Source: Spizellomyces punctatus DAOM BR117
Lineage: Eukaryota
DNA length: 64,000 nucleotides
Assembly (NCBI GenBank): GCA_000182565.2
Contig: KQ257451.1
Direction: 5' to 3' (one strand)
Shown here piece by piece: positions 24,129 through 37,264 of the stretch. A program made the translations under genes and the position numbers. Under the pieces are notes generated by a model that ran no database searches, had not been told where the DNA came from, and worked only from the letters and a program-made list of their open reading frames with translations. Numbering within the stretch: the first letter of the stretch is position 1; every line of letters begins with the position of its first letter.

Positions 24129-25483
24129 TCACGTAAAATCCATTTCTTCGCCAAGAGACTTTTTCACTCGCAAAAGGAGAGTGGTCTTCCAACTGTCAAG
24201 TTTCGTCAGTCGATCCCAGTCCGCTACAACATCCGTGAAAGCTTGAACATCTTGCGCCTCAAGGGCCTCCACCAGGGCCTACAAAAAGCATAAATAGGAA
24301 TATGAAGGCGGAGTTTTGAGAAACATCGCAATACCTTTAAGAAATTGCACTCTCGAGTTTGCGCAAATGTTACGTCAAGATTTTGGTATCGTTCCAGTGC
24401 TTGTCGAGCCCTGACAAAGTCCTAACACGAAAGCACTTAACTTGGCACGATATCCTGCGCGGACGAAATAGGCCATACTTGTGTGCACAAATAGCATAGT
24501 CCAGCCTTCAAAAAGTACTCTCTCAGCGAAAAACGCGTCAACTGGTTGTCCATGCTGTTGGTGGCTACTTGCTCGAATTTCTCGATAGCCTTGTCATATT
24601 GTTCAATCTGCGCGGCAAACGTGCCGACTTTTAGTAGACACCCATTTGCTTGACTGGATAGGTGGGCGTTAGTTATAAAACTGATTGACGCTAATCTTCC
24701 ATATTTTGGCTAGACGTACGCATTTGAGTCCTCCCCATGGTACCACTCAGCGGCCATTTCGTACGCATGCATCGCCTTTTCGAAATCAGCTAGATCCGTT
24801 TCATATATCTCTGCTATTTGCTTTTGGTTGTTTGCAGCAGCTTGAAATCGGCCACGCTCCGTCAGAATCTCTACAGCCTGTTGAAGGGCATTTACAGCAT
24901 CTTTGTACTTGAGGTTAGCAAAAGAGGCACTATAGAGGACTACAAAATATGCAAAATAACGCCACCTTGAGGGCTATTCTTTTTGAAGCACTTTGCTGCA
25001 TTCATATAAGATGACGATGCTTCATCTCGTTCATTCATTCGATTCAGGACATTCGCTTGGGCTATGAAGGCGTCTCCAGCTTCCTTCCCTGGTTGCAACG
25101 TTGTAGAGGGTACGTTAGCAAGGCCCCGCGTTTACACAATGCTATACTAACAATCCTATCGATATGATACGTATGCAGCTCACTGAAGGTAATACCAGGA
25201 CAGGCTTTACGCTGCAGAGCATACCAACACCCATTGTCCCGCTAACTTGTCCACCTCCTTGATATATTAGGAAAATGCCATCCCCCTTTCCAAAGGAATC
25301 GTTTCCAGACCCAGCCAAACTCTTTCCAAGCTTACATTTCTTTGCCAATTTGAAAGCATTAGCGGCTTTGCCGTACAAGTCAGCGGCATCATCTAACTTG
25401 TTGTTGCCGAACCATCCCTTATATGAAGCCTTCTTGTCAGCCTCGGTAATGAGCGTTCGGCCCTCGCGTTCAAAATTGGACAT
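24129..25483 (-). CDS. SEC17: Alpha-soluble NSF attachment protein (multi-exon)
   Basis: NKLDDAADLYGKAANAFKLAK, GRFQAAANNQKQIAEIYE, CLLKVGTFAA, WDRLTKLDSWKTTLLLRVK. Confidence 0.93.
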
Positions 25484-26116
25484 TCCCTAGCTATGTTGCG
25501 TCGAGTTATGAGTGCGATGGGAAGACGGATTGCCGTGGTGTTGTGTAAGTGGGTAGTCCTGAATCCAGGCGTAATATCATGGCTTAGCGCTTCTCACGTA
25601 ATCATCATGCCAACCAGATTCGCACATGCGGCGTGCACTGACTCTCAACACTGACTTTTATAGCCCGCCCTCAAGGCGAATAAACGATACGAAACAATAG
25701 GAGATATATGGATGTGAGCAGTGACAAACACACATTGTATGCCTGTACATATTCGACACTGATTAATTTTGCTCGTCAGTGCAGCTATTGCAATATCAGT
25801 ATCATGAAGGATGAATAGGGTTGGGAGAGCATTGGCAAAATATCTACTTGAATATGGGCATTCTCTTGCTGCGATTAACCACGGCTGAGTCCACCATAAA
25901 GCACACATCTGACATACACTCAGTTGGGATGTTCGATGCAAAGGATGACAGTTCACGTGACTCATTCTCACGAGCTTGATAATACTAGCCAGAATAGTAG
26001 CAGCCTTCCACGCCAAGAACGCTGCCACAAACAACCATCACACCTGAACCATCTCAACTACCAGCCTTTGCACGTCACTTACTTCCAACAACTTTGCGAC
26101 AAAGGACACACTAGCC

Positions 26117-27291
26117 ATGAACCGTATCTTTGGGACTGGCAAACCAAAGGCCCCAAAGCCAACCATCGGCGATGCCATCAACTCCGTACGTACTGCTGTC
26201 ATTGAGCCGAAAGTGAACATGGGCTTCATGTGTAGCATTTGACCATTGAATACATTGACATTGCAGACAGATGCAAGGGCGGACTCGGTAGAAGTTAAGA
26301 TAAAGAAACTGGACGCGGAGTTGATGAAGTACAAAGATCAAATGAAGAAAATGCGCGAAGGTCCAGCGAAAAACTCCGTAAAGCAGAAAGCAATGAGAAT
26401 ATTGAAGCAAAAGAAACTGTAAGTAGCAAGTGAGCTCGCGGGTATATGGTCCGATCAGGGGTTGTGCTGATCTGCTGGTGGCACTTGCATGCCTGGTCTT
26501 ACGCTTAGCTTCCCTCTTGGGCAGTTACGAAGGTCAGCGAGATCAACTCATGCAACAGTCTTTCAATATGGAACAAGGTATGCACTACCTCGTGCTTCAT
26601 TCACAGTACATCTCATGGAATTGTGTCAGGAAATATGGCATTGGATAATCTGAAAAATACCCTGGTGACTGTCGATGCTATGAAGTTGGCAAATAAGGAA
26701 CTGCGAGGGCAGTACAAAAAGGTTAACCTTGACAAGATTGAAGTATGTATACGAACAGTGTACTGGAGCAAATGCACGCGTTATTCCTAATGACTCCCAT
26801 TGTTATAGAAAATACAAGATGAGATGGAGGACCTGTTGGAACAGGCCAACGACATCCAAGAGACAATGGCTCGCTCGTATGGGCTGCCCGAGGGTATTGA
26901 TGAGGATGATCTAGAAGCAGGTAAGAAGGCACGCCAGAAACTTGTTTGTTTTGATGTAGAGCTAATACATGGCAATATTAGAATTGGAAGCACTTGGAGA
27001 TGAGCTCATCGAAGATGAAGCAGAACCTTCGTATCTGCAGGAGCCAACTTACGCTCCTGAAATGCCAAACGCATCAACCGAAGAACCGGCCCTGGTGAGT
27101 GGAGCACTGAAAGGTGATGGTGATTATCCAGGGCTAACAAGTTGTGTGACCCATCATTCAGAATGGTGTGGAAATGGACGAATATGGTAGGAATATTGAC
27201 AGTATGATATCCATTTCTTTGGTAGCATAATACTTATCTGCGGCTATTTGATACAGGTCTTCCTCGTGCACCAGCGAAACTCAATGCGTGA
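26117..27291 (+). CDS. VPS60: ESCRT-III protein Vps60/CHMP5 (multi-exon)
   Basis: [97 protein letters not shown]. Confidence 0.93.
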
Positions 27292-27543
27292 ATCACATAT
27301 CTCTCCCCGCAGTCCAGTGATGTATTCTATATTTAGATCAGATTATGTAAGCATGAGTAATCATGGTCAGCACGTCGGAAATTAGCACTCTCTGAGATTT
27401 AGTGAATTGCGCAATGTTTGAATGTACAAGTTGATTTACAAATACGAAGGTTTTAAACAAAGAGTCTAGTTTTTCTCGAGTATTTCATTACGCGCTTGCC
27501 CGGTCCGCTGACTGCCAGCTTCAGGCATCAGTAATCGAGTAAA

Positions 27544-29375
27544 ATGGTGAGCTTCAACGCGCTCATAGCCCATGCTGAAAGTCAAGCAAGTCGTTTCCCT
27601 TATCGTTGTAGACGTTTGGTTTCATCATGTAGTCAGCAAAAGCCCGAAAATCTGCTCCCGGATCTTCCGCCGGCTCTCGAAGCGGCACTGCCAAATCAAA
27701 GCGGGATGCAAAGTCGGCCAAAGGCAAGGGGACTGAGGAAGGAGGGGAGGGGGGAAAATCCAAGGGCGATCTCGAAGCCGACCTCAAGAAGCTGACGGAT
27801 GAGCTCACTGCCGAGAGGGAAGAGAGGAATTACTTTCAGCTAGAGAGGGTAAGGCCTCGACGGTGATATCATGGCATCGTACAGTATAATTTATTACTTA
27901 CCGGACAGGACAAAGTAATGTCATTCTGGGATATTACTAAAAATGAGCTGTCGCAAATCAAATCGGAGCTTCTTAACAAGGATCGGGAGCTGGAGGAGCT
28001 GGAGGAGAAACATCAAGTTGAAATTAAAGTGAGTAGTGCAAACCGGCACTTGGTGTCAAGTCAATAGTACGAAGCGCTGGATCTCAACAAGGATTTTTTG
28101 CTTATAGGTGTATAAACAAAAAGTGAAGCATCTACTATATGAATACCAAAACAACGTCGCCCATCTCCAAGCGGATTCCGAAAAAGCTCTGCAACTAGAT
28201 CAAGAAGACCACCTCAATCGTGAACAACAGCTAAAACGAGATAAGCGCGCCCTCAAGCTAGAGTTAAAGGAATTTGAGCTTTCCCACGAAGATATCATAA
28301 AGAATCTAAAACAAAAGCATGACGAGGAGATCACAAAGATGAGAAACGACTTTGAACGACGGGCCAGGGAACTGCACGGCAAATATGAAAAGAAGATGAA
28401 GGTCGTTCGGGATGAGTTAGAGTTGAAACGGAAGAATGAGATCCATGAGATTGAAGAGCGAAAGAATGGACAGATTAATGCGCTAATGAAGAACCATGAT
28501 AAAGCCTTCGGAGAGATCAAGAACTACTACAATGATATCACTTTGAACAATCTGGCGTTAATCAATTCGTTAAAGGTATGACACCAAATGATGCTAGATT
28601 CCTATCAAAGTACCGTCAAATAACAATTGGAAAAACAGGAACAAGTCGAGGACATGAAAAAGAAGGAAGAGCGCAATGAGAAACAAATGGCCGACATTGC
28701 ATCCGAGAACAAGCGTCTCTCTGAACCTCTTCAAGCAGCCCTCTCCGAGTGCGAGAGTCTCAAACGTCAACTGCAGAACTATGAAAAAGACAAGCAATCC
28801 CTTCGCGACACCAAAGCACGCCTCAAGGTCTTAGAGGATCGGCACAAGGCGTTGTCTTGGGAACACGAAGTGCTCGAACAGCGATTCGAGCAAGTCCAAA
28901 AGGAGCGGGATGAGCTCTACGAAGGATTTGTCGATAGAATTGTGAGCGTACAACAAAAGACTGGATTCAAGAATTTGGTATTGGAAAAGAAAGTAGAGTC
29001 TTTGAAGGAAATGGTGGAGAAGCGGGATCTTCAGGTGAATGAAATCCTAAAAGCTACAAATCTCGAGCCGGGAGCAATGGCAGGCCTGACTAGGAGACTG
29101 GAGGAGGTCCTTGATGCCAAAAACAGGCAGATTAAAGAGCTCCAGTATGATCTGGCAAAGGTCACCAAGGTATGCTGGATGGCAGCAACCTATTCCCACT
29201 GGGCAGACCCTCTCTTAACCTTGTCATCTTTTTGCAGGCTCACAATGACATGATACGAACATATGAAGCCAAGCTCACAGAATTCTCAATACCAGTTGAG
29301 GAACTTGGGTTCAAACCTTTGATGATGTCCACAGGAGCGACATCGAATCCCGCTGGTCTAGTAGCGGCTCAATAA
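27544..29375 (+). CDS. GAS8: Growth arrest-specific 8 / dynein regulatory complex subunit 4
   Basis: [84 protein letters not shown]. Exon 1 appears to be the ATG alone. Confidence 0.94.
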
Positions 29376-29942
29376 TTGATGCTGGGTACTTTTTGGTCAC
29401 TGTATCCTGCCTATCTGTTACTTTCTACCATCCCCAATAAATGTGACATACTCTTGGCTGTTGTGTGTGTGTGGTGTTGGATGCGAATTGCCAAATGGAT
29501 TTGCAAATGACGACGACGAGAAACGACGCGCCCCCGCATTTGACGCTTTCCCATTCTTTGGGTGTGGCTTGATTTGTACTCATTAGGGGAATTTGCCGGA
29601 GCGACGAAATCTTTGACTTTTGAAATTCCATTATTTCGACGATTCAGCTTTGCATGTTCATGCACGCCTTCAACCCGCTGGAGGGAATAAAGCATTTAGG
29701 ATCCCCACAAACCGCACCCCTGGAGCACGCAACCCAAAACGCCTCGCCTTTCTTTCTTCTTTCAGAGTGTCGCTATTTTTAGGACCTTGACGGTCGCAAA
29801 GTTATTCATAGCACATCGCCGTTGACATTACCGTTAGCCAACAGTCGACTGGGAAACTGCAAGAGTAGTGTGTTCAAAACCTGAGCTTGCTCGACTCACC
29901 CTCTTTTCTTACACCTACGCTTCTTTTGTTGTGAAGGAGAGC

Positions 29943-32102
29943 ATGCCTCAACCGTACATTCGCATCCCGAGCGTAGAAGAGTCAACAGACACACCTCTCT
30001 CGCTGGCTATATCCGTCGAGAGTCCAACACCACCTACAGACCACCACTCTATAACGATCCAAACCCCGTTTATAAAGATATCGCCCACGAAAACACCCGC
30101 GAGCCCTTGTGACTATGATTACTTGTCAGACGAGGAAGGTTGCATGTCGCCTTTTGGCATACAACATGAACAGCCAAAATTTATCAAAATGGTGGGGGCA
30201 CCAAAGCCGTCATCGTCCGGCGAGGAGCCGCTCGAACTAGATCCCCTCACCGGGGCTCCTATCAAACCAACGCCGTCTTCAGTCGTCAACGCGGTAGACC
30301 ATGAAAATGTTCTCGTGGATGTGTTGGAAGCTCAGAATGAGGATCCATTTACTCTGGAGCCGTTTGACTCATTGATTCAAATGCATATGGAGAAGGACAA
30401 GGATTTTATTATAGCACGAGTGACAACTGTGGATCCCAACGATGAAACCAGGTTCTACTATAGTTACTATGCGGCACACCATATCAATAAGGTGTTATTC
30501 AGGACGCAGCCTGAAGAGGGATTGCTGCACAGAATGAAGGCGAAGAATGTAAGTTGCGTACTTTTGCGTCCCATCATCCGGGTTGCGGAGGTCTTACTGC
30601 CACTTTCATATAGCCGTTGAACAACATGACAATTGTTGGAGATGTGCATTATTTCGTAGTATCTGCAGCCGCTATGAGAGCTCAAAACAACGCCATAACT
30701 CCCGGAAGAAGTTCGTTTGATTCCATCCGCTCCGTCAACTCCATACGTTCCATATCTTCCATTCGCTCTGTAAACTCTATTCGAAGCATGATGTCAGTCT
30801 TCTCCACAGCTTCTGTCTCATCTACAGGGTCCGGAAGGCGGGAATTTGATCGTTTTCGACGACGACCTCCACGAGCAAAGAGTACATCTGTATCGGTTCA
30901 TGAGAGCGACGGAGGAAAGGCAGGGTTGGGGAGGTTTCTGGGGATTGGACAGCATGGTGTCCGAAAGCGAACGCTCCATCTCATCATGCGACCTGATGCG
31001 TTTGAGAATGTGGTCGAAGAGGTCGTGCCGTTGACAGAAGAAGAAGGTGGCAAGGGCAAAGGCATTAACGGTAAAGGCGTCTTTGTACGAGGGAAGATAC
31101 GGCCTCTGTCAGCGGAATCGGGTAGGAAGGTGAAGGAAGATCCACCTGAGGGGCGACGGAGCCGGAGGAATTCTATGGATGACGCATTTGCCGAAGGAGA
31201 TGGCATCAAGATGGGCACACGGGTATCGTCCTCAAGACAGGAAGATGACCGGTCATCTGAAGGACGCTCATCATTGGACGGCGGTGCACACGCTGGAACA
31301 GCCAACTACCGTGTTGGTAGCACGACCCCAAAAATTCACAGAAGGGTGCGCTCGATCAGTTTTTCCAACGAGCATCATGGCGTGTTAAACTTGCAAGATT
31401 GGATAAAGATGCACTCTGAGGACGATAAAGTCTCGCCCTCGGGCCCTGTCAATGGAAGGGAGTCGAACAATGGTGCATCCAGTAATAAAACCGCTATTCA
31501 GCGCCTCCGATCAACAAATGGACATACCTCACATACAGCCCCTTCCTCAAGCCGACGACAACATTCCCCGCCACCGCGCCAGCAACGTCGGACGCGCACT
31601 CCCCTTTTGGAACAAGCCTTGTCCCCCACATCTCCCTCCATTCCCGAGCCCTTTTACTTTGTCGCAAAATTCTACGCAACCGACGACGATTTCTTAATGA
31701 AGGCAGCCGTCAGAGCATATTTCAAAGAGAATGCTCTGGATACATCTGATGCAGTTTTGTTCACAATTCCGTCCAGCAGAGACGAGAATGAAGTATTGGA
31801 AGGAACAGAAGACCATCCCGCCTTGATGGGTTTTGTGTATGCCGTGAGCGAAGAGGATGAGGAAGGAGGATGGCTTGGACGCAGTAGCGGAGGCTCAAGA
31901 GGGCTCAAATGGATATTGCTCTGTTACGTCGCCTTTGGGTTTTTGTTGATCAAGTTCGTTGGTAAGTGTTTGTTAGATCAGAAATTTGATGGTAAAACGG
32001 GTACTTGAACGCTGTCTTCTTCTAGTTCCGGACGCTTACGCATACATCATGGCCTTCCTTCTCATCTTCCTGCTCTGTCTGGTGATGATATTATGTTTGT
32101 GA
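29943..32102 (+). CDS. Uncharacterised protein with a split conserved-looking domain, a Ser/Arg-rich insert and two C-terminal TM helices
   Basis: EDPFTLEPF..FIIARVTT..YYSYYAAHHINKVLFRT..KNPLNNMTIVGDVHYF and, ~330 aa later, AKFYATDDDFL..YFKENAL. Family not securely recognised. Confidence 0.75.
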
Positions 32103-32426
32103 GCAGACCTACTGTAGATAGACCTAGTCGTACTTCAGGGTAGTACGTGCATGAAATCTCTTGACGTGTCCTCCCCAAGTGGTTAGCATGGTAGGGATAG
32201 ATGGCTTTGGATGCCAACATACTGTATTATATCATGCCTTTGAGCGGAAATCATGAGCCTCATGTATAGATAATAAGCATTTTTGTTTGCTAAATAGTAA
32301 TCGCTTTCGTTTTGTGTATCCATTGCGTTGCCCGATCAATTTCCGTAGTATAATATATTATTCTAAAAAATATGTACACAAAAGGATTATGGTCTCGTGT
32401 ATGTCGAGTGTGTAATGCCGGTGATT

Positions 32427-33334
32427 TCATGAACACATGTCCCACAACATGTTGGCATAGAAGTATCGCGAGAATTTGTCTTCAAACTCCAAAATCTGTA
32501 TGTCATGTCGTGGATAACAACCTGAAAATACGTTATCAGCATCCGGTTGTCTTGTCGTCGTCAGGTCCAAGAGATTCAAAAGATACGTACGGACTTTACA
32601 CTTGGTAAACTCGCCCGCATCACTTCGCTGCAGCTCAATACCCAATGACCGGAAGAGCTCCAGTTTCAATCTACGTCGACACGGAAGGGTACGATGGTTA
32701 GTTTCAGCTCTGAGGCATAAGGAGGCTCGTCGTTTGGATCATACCGTTGTTCGGTGGGCGGCATTTCTGCCTCAGTGCGCTCTTCTCTTTCCAAGACGAC
32801 AAGCTCGTTCTGTAGCTGTGATAATTGACATTCGAGAGATGTACATAAATAATGGCGGGTTAAGGATCCCAACGAATGTAAACCAAATGCAAAGGCCGGC
32901 AGAACAGCAAAAGTGAAGGATATTCTATGGTCGCATCAATGTCTGCAATGTTGCGGGCAACAGTATACTTTTCTCTATCCAACGTAACCATACGATCTGC
33001 ATGTTGATGCACTTCGAGCTCGCGTTTTGGACGCTCCGCGTTCTCTTTTGCTAGCTGAAGCTGCCGACTCAAGGCTTTTCAAAGTTCATAAAATGGTCAA
33101 ACGGGCCTTCAAGATCCTTCTGGCTGGGAAGGCACGGTGGTCCCTACCTTTGAGAGTTGCTCGAGCGTCCTCGGCCACTTTCGTCCGTTCATCCTCCGTT
33201 TTCCGCATCATGTCGTCAATGCTACGAATCAGGGCGGCATCCTGCGAGGGGTTCATTCCTTCCATGAGGGTATATGCCAAGGCCCGCGGCTCATGAAAAG
33301 CCTGACTCATTTGCTGTGAATTTGCGGAAAGCAT
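32427..33334 (-). CDS. SPC24: Kinetochore Ndc80 complex subunit Spc24
   Basis: Coiled coil (LDREKYTVARNI), then LKLELFRSLGIEL and SRYFYANMLWD, typical of the Spc24 C-terminal domain. Confidence 0.85.
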
Positions 33335-33544
33335 GGTGGTCACTTTGTTGGGTGGTGCTCGAGATCTGCCCGAAAGTTGGAGCGAACCTGAAGGACGCGT
33401 TATGGTAGACGTCCGGACTTTGTGACTGTGCCACTGACGTTACTCACTGCCTCTTGCCGCATTCGTTCGGTGGATGGTCGAAGATCGCGGCGGATGAGGC
33501 TTTCCCAATCAATTCCCGAAACGTTCTTGTCGTGCGCCGTCGGT

Positions 33545-35847
33545 ATGGTTTCTCTATCCAGAGCGACGCGGTCTTTCGTCGTTTCCGTTCTTCTCGTACT
33601 CCCTCTCTTGACGCTGGTGGCAAGTTCTTCATCCATTTCGACGAGCCCTGTGGCCATCAGTCCAGACTTTGTCAACAACAATGTCGACCGCGTCTTGGAT
33701 CTCTCAAATCCTTCCATCGTTCGCGAGCAAACGACTCTTGTGGTGCAGGGGGCAAAGAAGGGGGGATCAGATGACTACGTTTTTGCTATTCCATCGGATG
33801 TGGCCGACTTGAGTTTGGCCCTGTTAGAAGTGGCGGAGACAAAGGGAAAGAACGACATCGGAGAAAAGCTGCAACTCAGCAAAGACCAGTATGATGTGAA
33901 AAGGTTTGATATTAGAATGCGCCGTCAGTCAATGTCCCGCTCGTTGTTGATTGTGAGGCTAACGTCACCGTCGTCTCAGAGCTGCACAGTACTACAAAGT
34001 GAAATTGCCACGAAGTTTGAAGGAGGGGGATACAATTCAATTAGGTGTATGGGCGGCCTTCACACATTTGGTGCGACCATATCCAAAGGAAGTATCCCAG
34101 AAAGAGAAGCAATTCTTAGAGTTTCTCGGGAACGCATACTTTTGGAGTCCATATCACTCCAAACAGCAGAAAACCATCGTTAAGTGCGTGTTTGCAGGCA
34201 TCTTGTGTCGCCAAGAGATATGGAATTCGGTTTTTTACTGAGATTGGCTATACAGATTGCCTAATGACGATGTGATAAGCTTTAAAGAGAAGCCAGAGCC
34301 AGTTTCCAAGGCGGGCAATGTGATTACGTACGGCCCATACGCCGATGTGGGACCCTTTTCACATGCGGAACTGTACGCTCACTACCAGGACCCCAAAGCT
34401 ATCCTGGTTGCCAAAACATTTGAAAAGAGAATGGAAATCAGCCACGGGGGTGGCAATCTGGGAGTGCAAGAGGATTATGAATTACATCATGAAGGTGCCA
34501 AGTAAGTATACCGATACTTCGGACATGTTGATATGCGGGTTGATTATGAGCTCTTGGGATTCATTTGCATATCGCACGCAGATTGAAGGGACATTTCTCG
34601 CGCGTTGACTTCACCTTCAGTCAATGGACTCACCACCAAACCAACGTGGTGAAAGATTTGGTCATCACATTGCCGCCAGACGCAAAGCATGTTTTCTATC
34701 GCGACACCATTGGCAACGTATCGACATCACATTTTCGCAACGAACGGCAACGCTCTATTCTCCACATCAAACCCAGATATCCGCTTTATGGTGGTTGGAG
34801 ATATACCTGGCACCATGGATATAATGTGCCCATAACGTCATTCTTAAAAAAAGACTCGAAGAGCGGTCAGTTTGTATTTCGTGCCCCATTTGTCGGAGGC
34901 TTGTCGAATGTTACTATTGAAAGGGCTGTCGTTAGCATAGTTCTGCCGGAAGGAGCGCAGTAAGTACGAAGAGCATCTGCAATCATCGCGCTGTACACAG
35001 CTAAGCTCTTTTTCAGGAACTACAAAGTACACACACCGTTTCCAATGGACCGGACGTCAGAGTACACAACTTTCACCTACCTGGACACAACTGGACGACC
35101 AATGATAGTACTTGAGAAGCACAACGTTGTGGACGAGCACGCCGCATCATTTGTTGTCGGTATTTTCGTTCGTTCTACATTGAACCAGCGGTTAACTTGA
35201 GGCATTTTAACAGATCACGTACGACTATGCTTCGTATCGCTATTTGCAAAAGCCCGTCGCCATCACAGGCGCAGTTCTTGGCCTTTTCTTCCTTGCAGCC
35301 GCATATAGTAGGCTCGATCTTTCCATTACAAAGGTATTTTGCGCTGAGAGGATCGAGCGCTAATTCAAGCCACTCATTCGCTCTCTCCCTGCAGGACCCC
35401 AAAGCTGAGCGGGATGCTCTCCTCCGGTTATACCGCCAAACTGTTCGCACAGTTGCCAATGGGGAACCCCGCCTCATCACCAAGATTACGTCGGTCTTCC
35501 AATCATTGAAAGCTGAAAAGCGACTGGCTGAATACAGCGAAGCGACCTCGGAGATTGAGGAAGAGGTGAAAGCGGGATGGCAACGTTTGACAACTATAGC
35601 GAAGCAGGCCGAAGGAGGCGATGTGAAGTTTGCCAGCGACATCCGTAAGCTCCATGATTTGCAACAGGACCGCCTACGTAAAGTTAGGGCAATGCATGCA
35701 GAAGTTGTGAACCTCGCAAAGGGGAGTGGTACAGTGGACGGACAGAAGAGAAAGGAGTTGACCGCGGCGCTGGGGAGATATGAGGAAGAGCTCGAGGAGC
35801 TGAATGAGCAAATTGAAGGACTGCTAGAGGAAAAGTTTGCTGATTAA
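33545..35847 (+). CDS. RPN1: Oligosaccharyltransferase subunit ribophorin I (Ost1)
   Basis: Signal peptide, VNNNVDRVLDL, PYPKEVSQKEKQ, EISHGGGNLGVQEDY, FSRVDF, YRDTIGNVSTSH, PRYPLYGGW, YLDTTGRP. Confidence 0.93.
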
Positions 35848-36025
35848 GATTGTGCAATATGATTATGCTCCATCTCATCTTCTTTAAGGCTGGGGCTCGC
35901 TATTACAATGAAATTCTGCAAATCTGCGATCATCTCTCTGGAGTTGGTTGAAAAATTAATTACTCCCTCTAAGCGTATTTACAGCAAAATATATACAAAA
36001 TCTCCAGGAGGGCACATTATCATAT

Positions 36026-37096
36026 CTACGAACGGTAAGAACGATAATGATCATTCCGTGGTGAAGGGGAGCGCCTTCTTCTTTCGTTATCATCGTAACG
36101 ACCGTATGACCGATCCCGGCTACTGCGGTGGTACCTATCACTCCCCCATGCTGGACTGCGTGATCTGCTCCTACTTTTTGCTCTTGTGTTTTCCCTGTCA
36201 CGTCCCCGCGAATAATGTCTATCTTCCCGGTTTCTACGGACATGTGTATCGTCTTCATCATCGGAACTCTCGTGGAGCCTCTCCTTCTCCTTTTTATGCT
36301 TCTTTTTGTGCTTCTTCTTGTCCTTCTCTTTCTTCGCTTTTTTTTCCTTCTTGGGCTTATGACTGGGGTTTGCATTTTCCGTGACACCTGAGCTCACCGC
36401 CGTTGCCGTCTGCGGGACACCAGATTCACTTTGCATTATATGATCTCCGTCTCCCTCGTCGACTTCCTTTACAGCCTGGACTCCAATCGCTGCGATCCGA
36501 CTCTTTGCACTACAGACGTCCCATTTTGAGTACTGACGACGATATCATTCATGACAATAATGCGTACCTTTGAAATCCCAGTCCTTTCATCTCTTCCACA
36601 TTTACTACAGCGGTCTCCTCGTCGTCCGCAAAGTCCTTTTTAACAAGACTCTGGATCTCCTGTTTGCTAACTGCATTTCCATCTGTCCGGCGACGTTTAG
36701 GACCAGCATACCCCAACGCTTCCGCCAAAGCCTCTGCTTCATTTTTCCTAATTTCCTCCAGCTCAGACGTAATTGTATCCTCCCGAGCCTGTGTCTTCTC
36801 GGCCTCCCTGCCATACCAGAGTAGATCTACTCCATTTATTAGATGTAGCCTCGAAGATGACTATCGTATGTCCGCTCACCTTTGTTCTTTTGCCATCGAC
36901 CCACTGGCGCGTTGAGGGAGTGACCAAGGTAATTTTCTCGATACTAGGAGAGTGCCGTGAGTTGTGTCGTTAGGATAAATTCTTCAGGACCACGCAAGAC
37001 AGTAATGCTGGAGATTACCTTATCCTCTTTTACATCTTCCCATTTGAAGAGTCCCTGTCCTCCTCTTGTTCCTGCTCGCGTCGGATGATGAAACAT
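36026..37096 (-). CDS. Multiple myeloma tumor-associated protein 2 (C1orf35)-like, with Lys-rich and RS-rich tail
   Basis: MFHHPTRAGTRGGQGLFKWEDVKEDK, ENYLGHSLNAPVGRWQK, DLLWY. Confidence 0.85.
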
Positions 37097-37264
37097 GATT
37101 TACCACAAACTAGAAGGGCAGAATAGCACTTCCGCTTTCTGGACGCAATCAGTCAAACTTCCAACATCGTCGAGTTGCAAGTCATTCGGTCACGTGGCTT
37201 TTTTGTTGCTATAGTAATTGAACGCGTAGATCGATTGAAGGATTGGTCTTCCTGAGCGTGCAAG

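Noticed and set aside
25645-26034. 129-aa minus-strand ORF between SEC17 and VPS60
   Set aside because: No motif or splice support. Likely promoter or UTR sequence.
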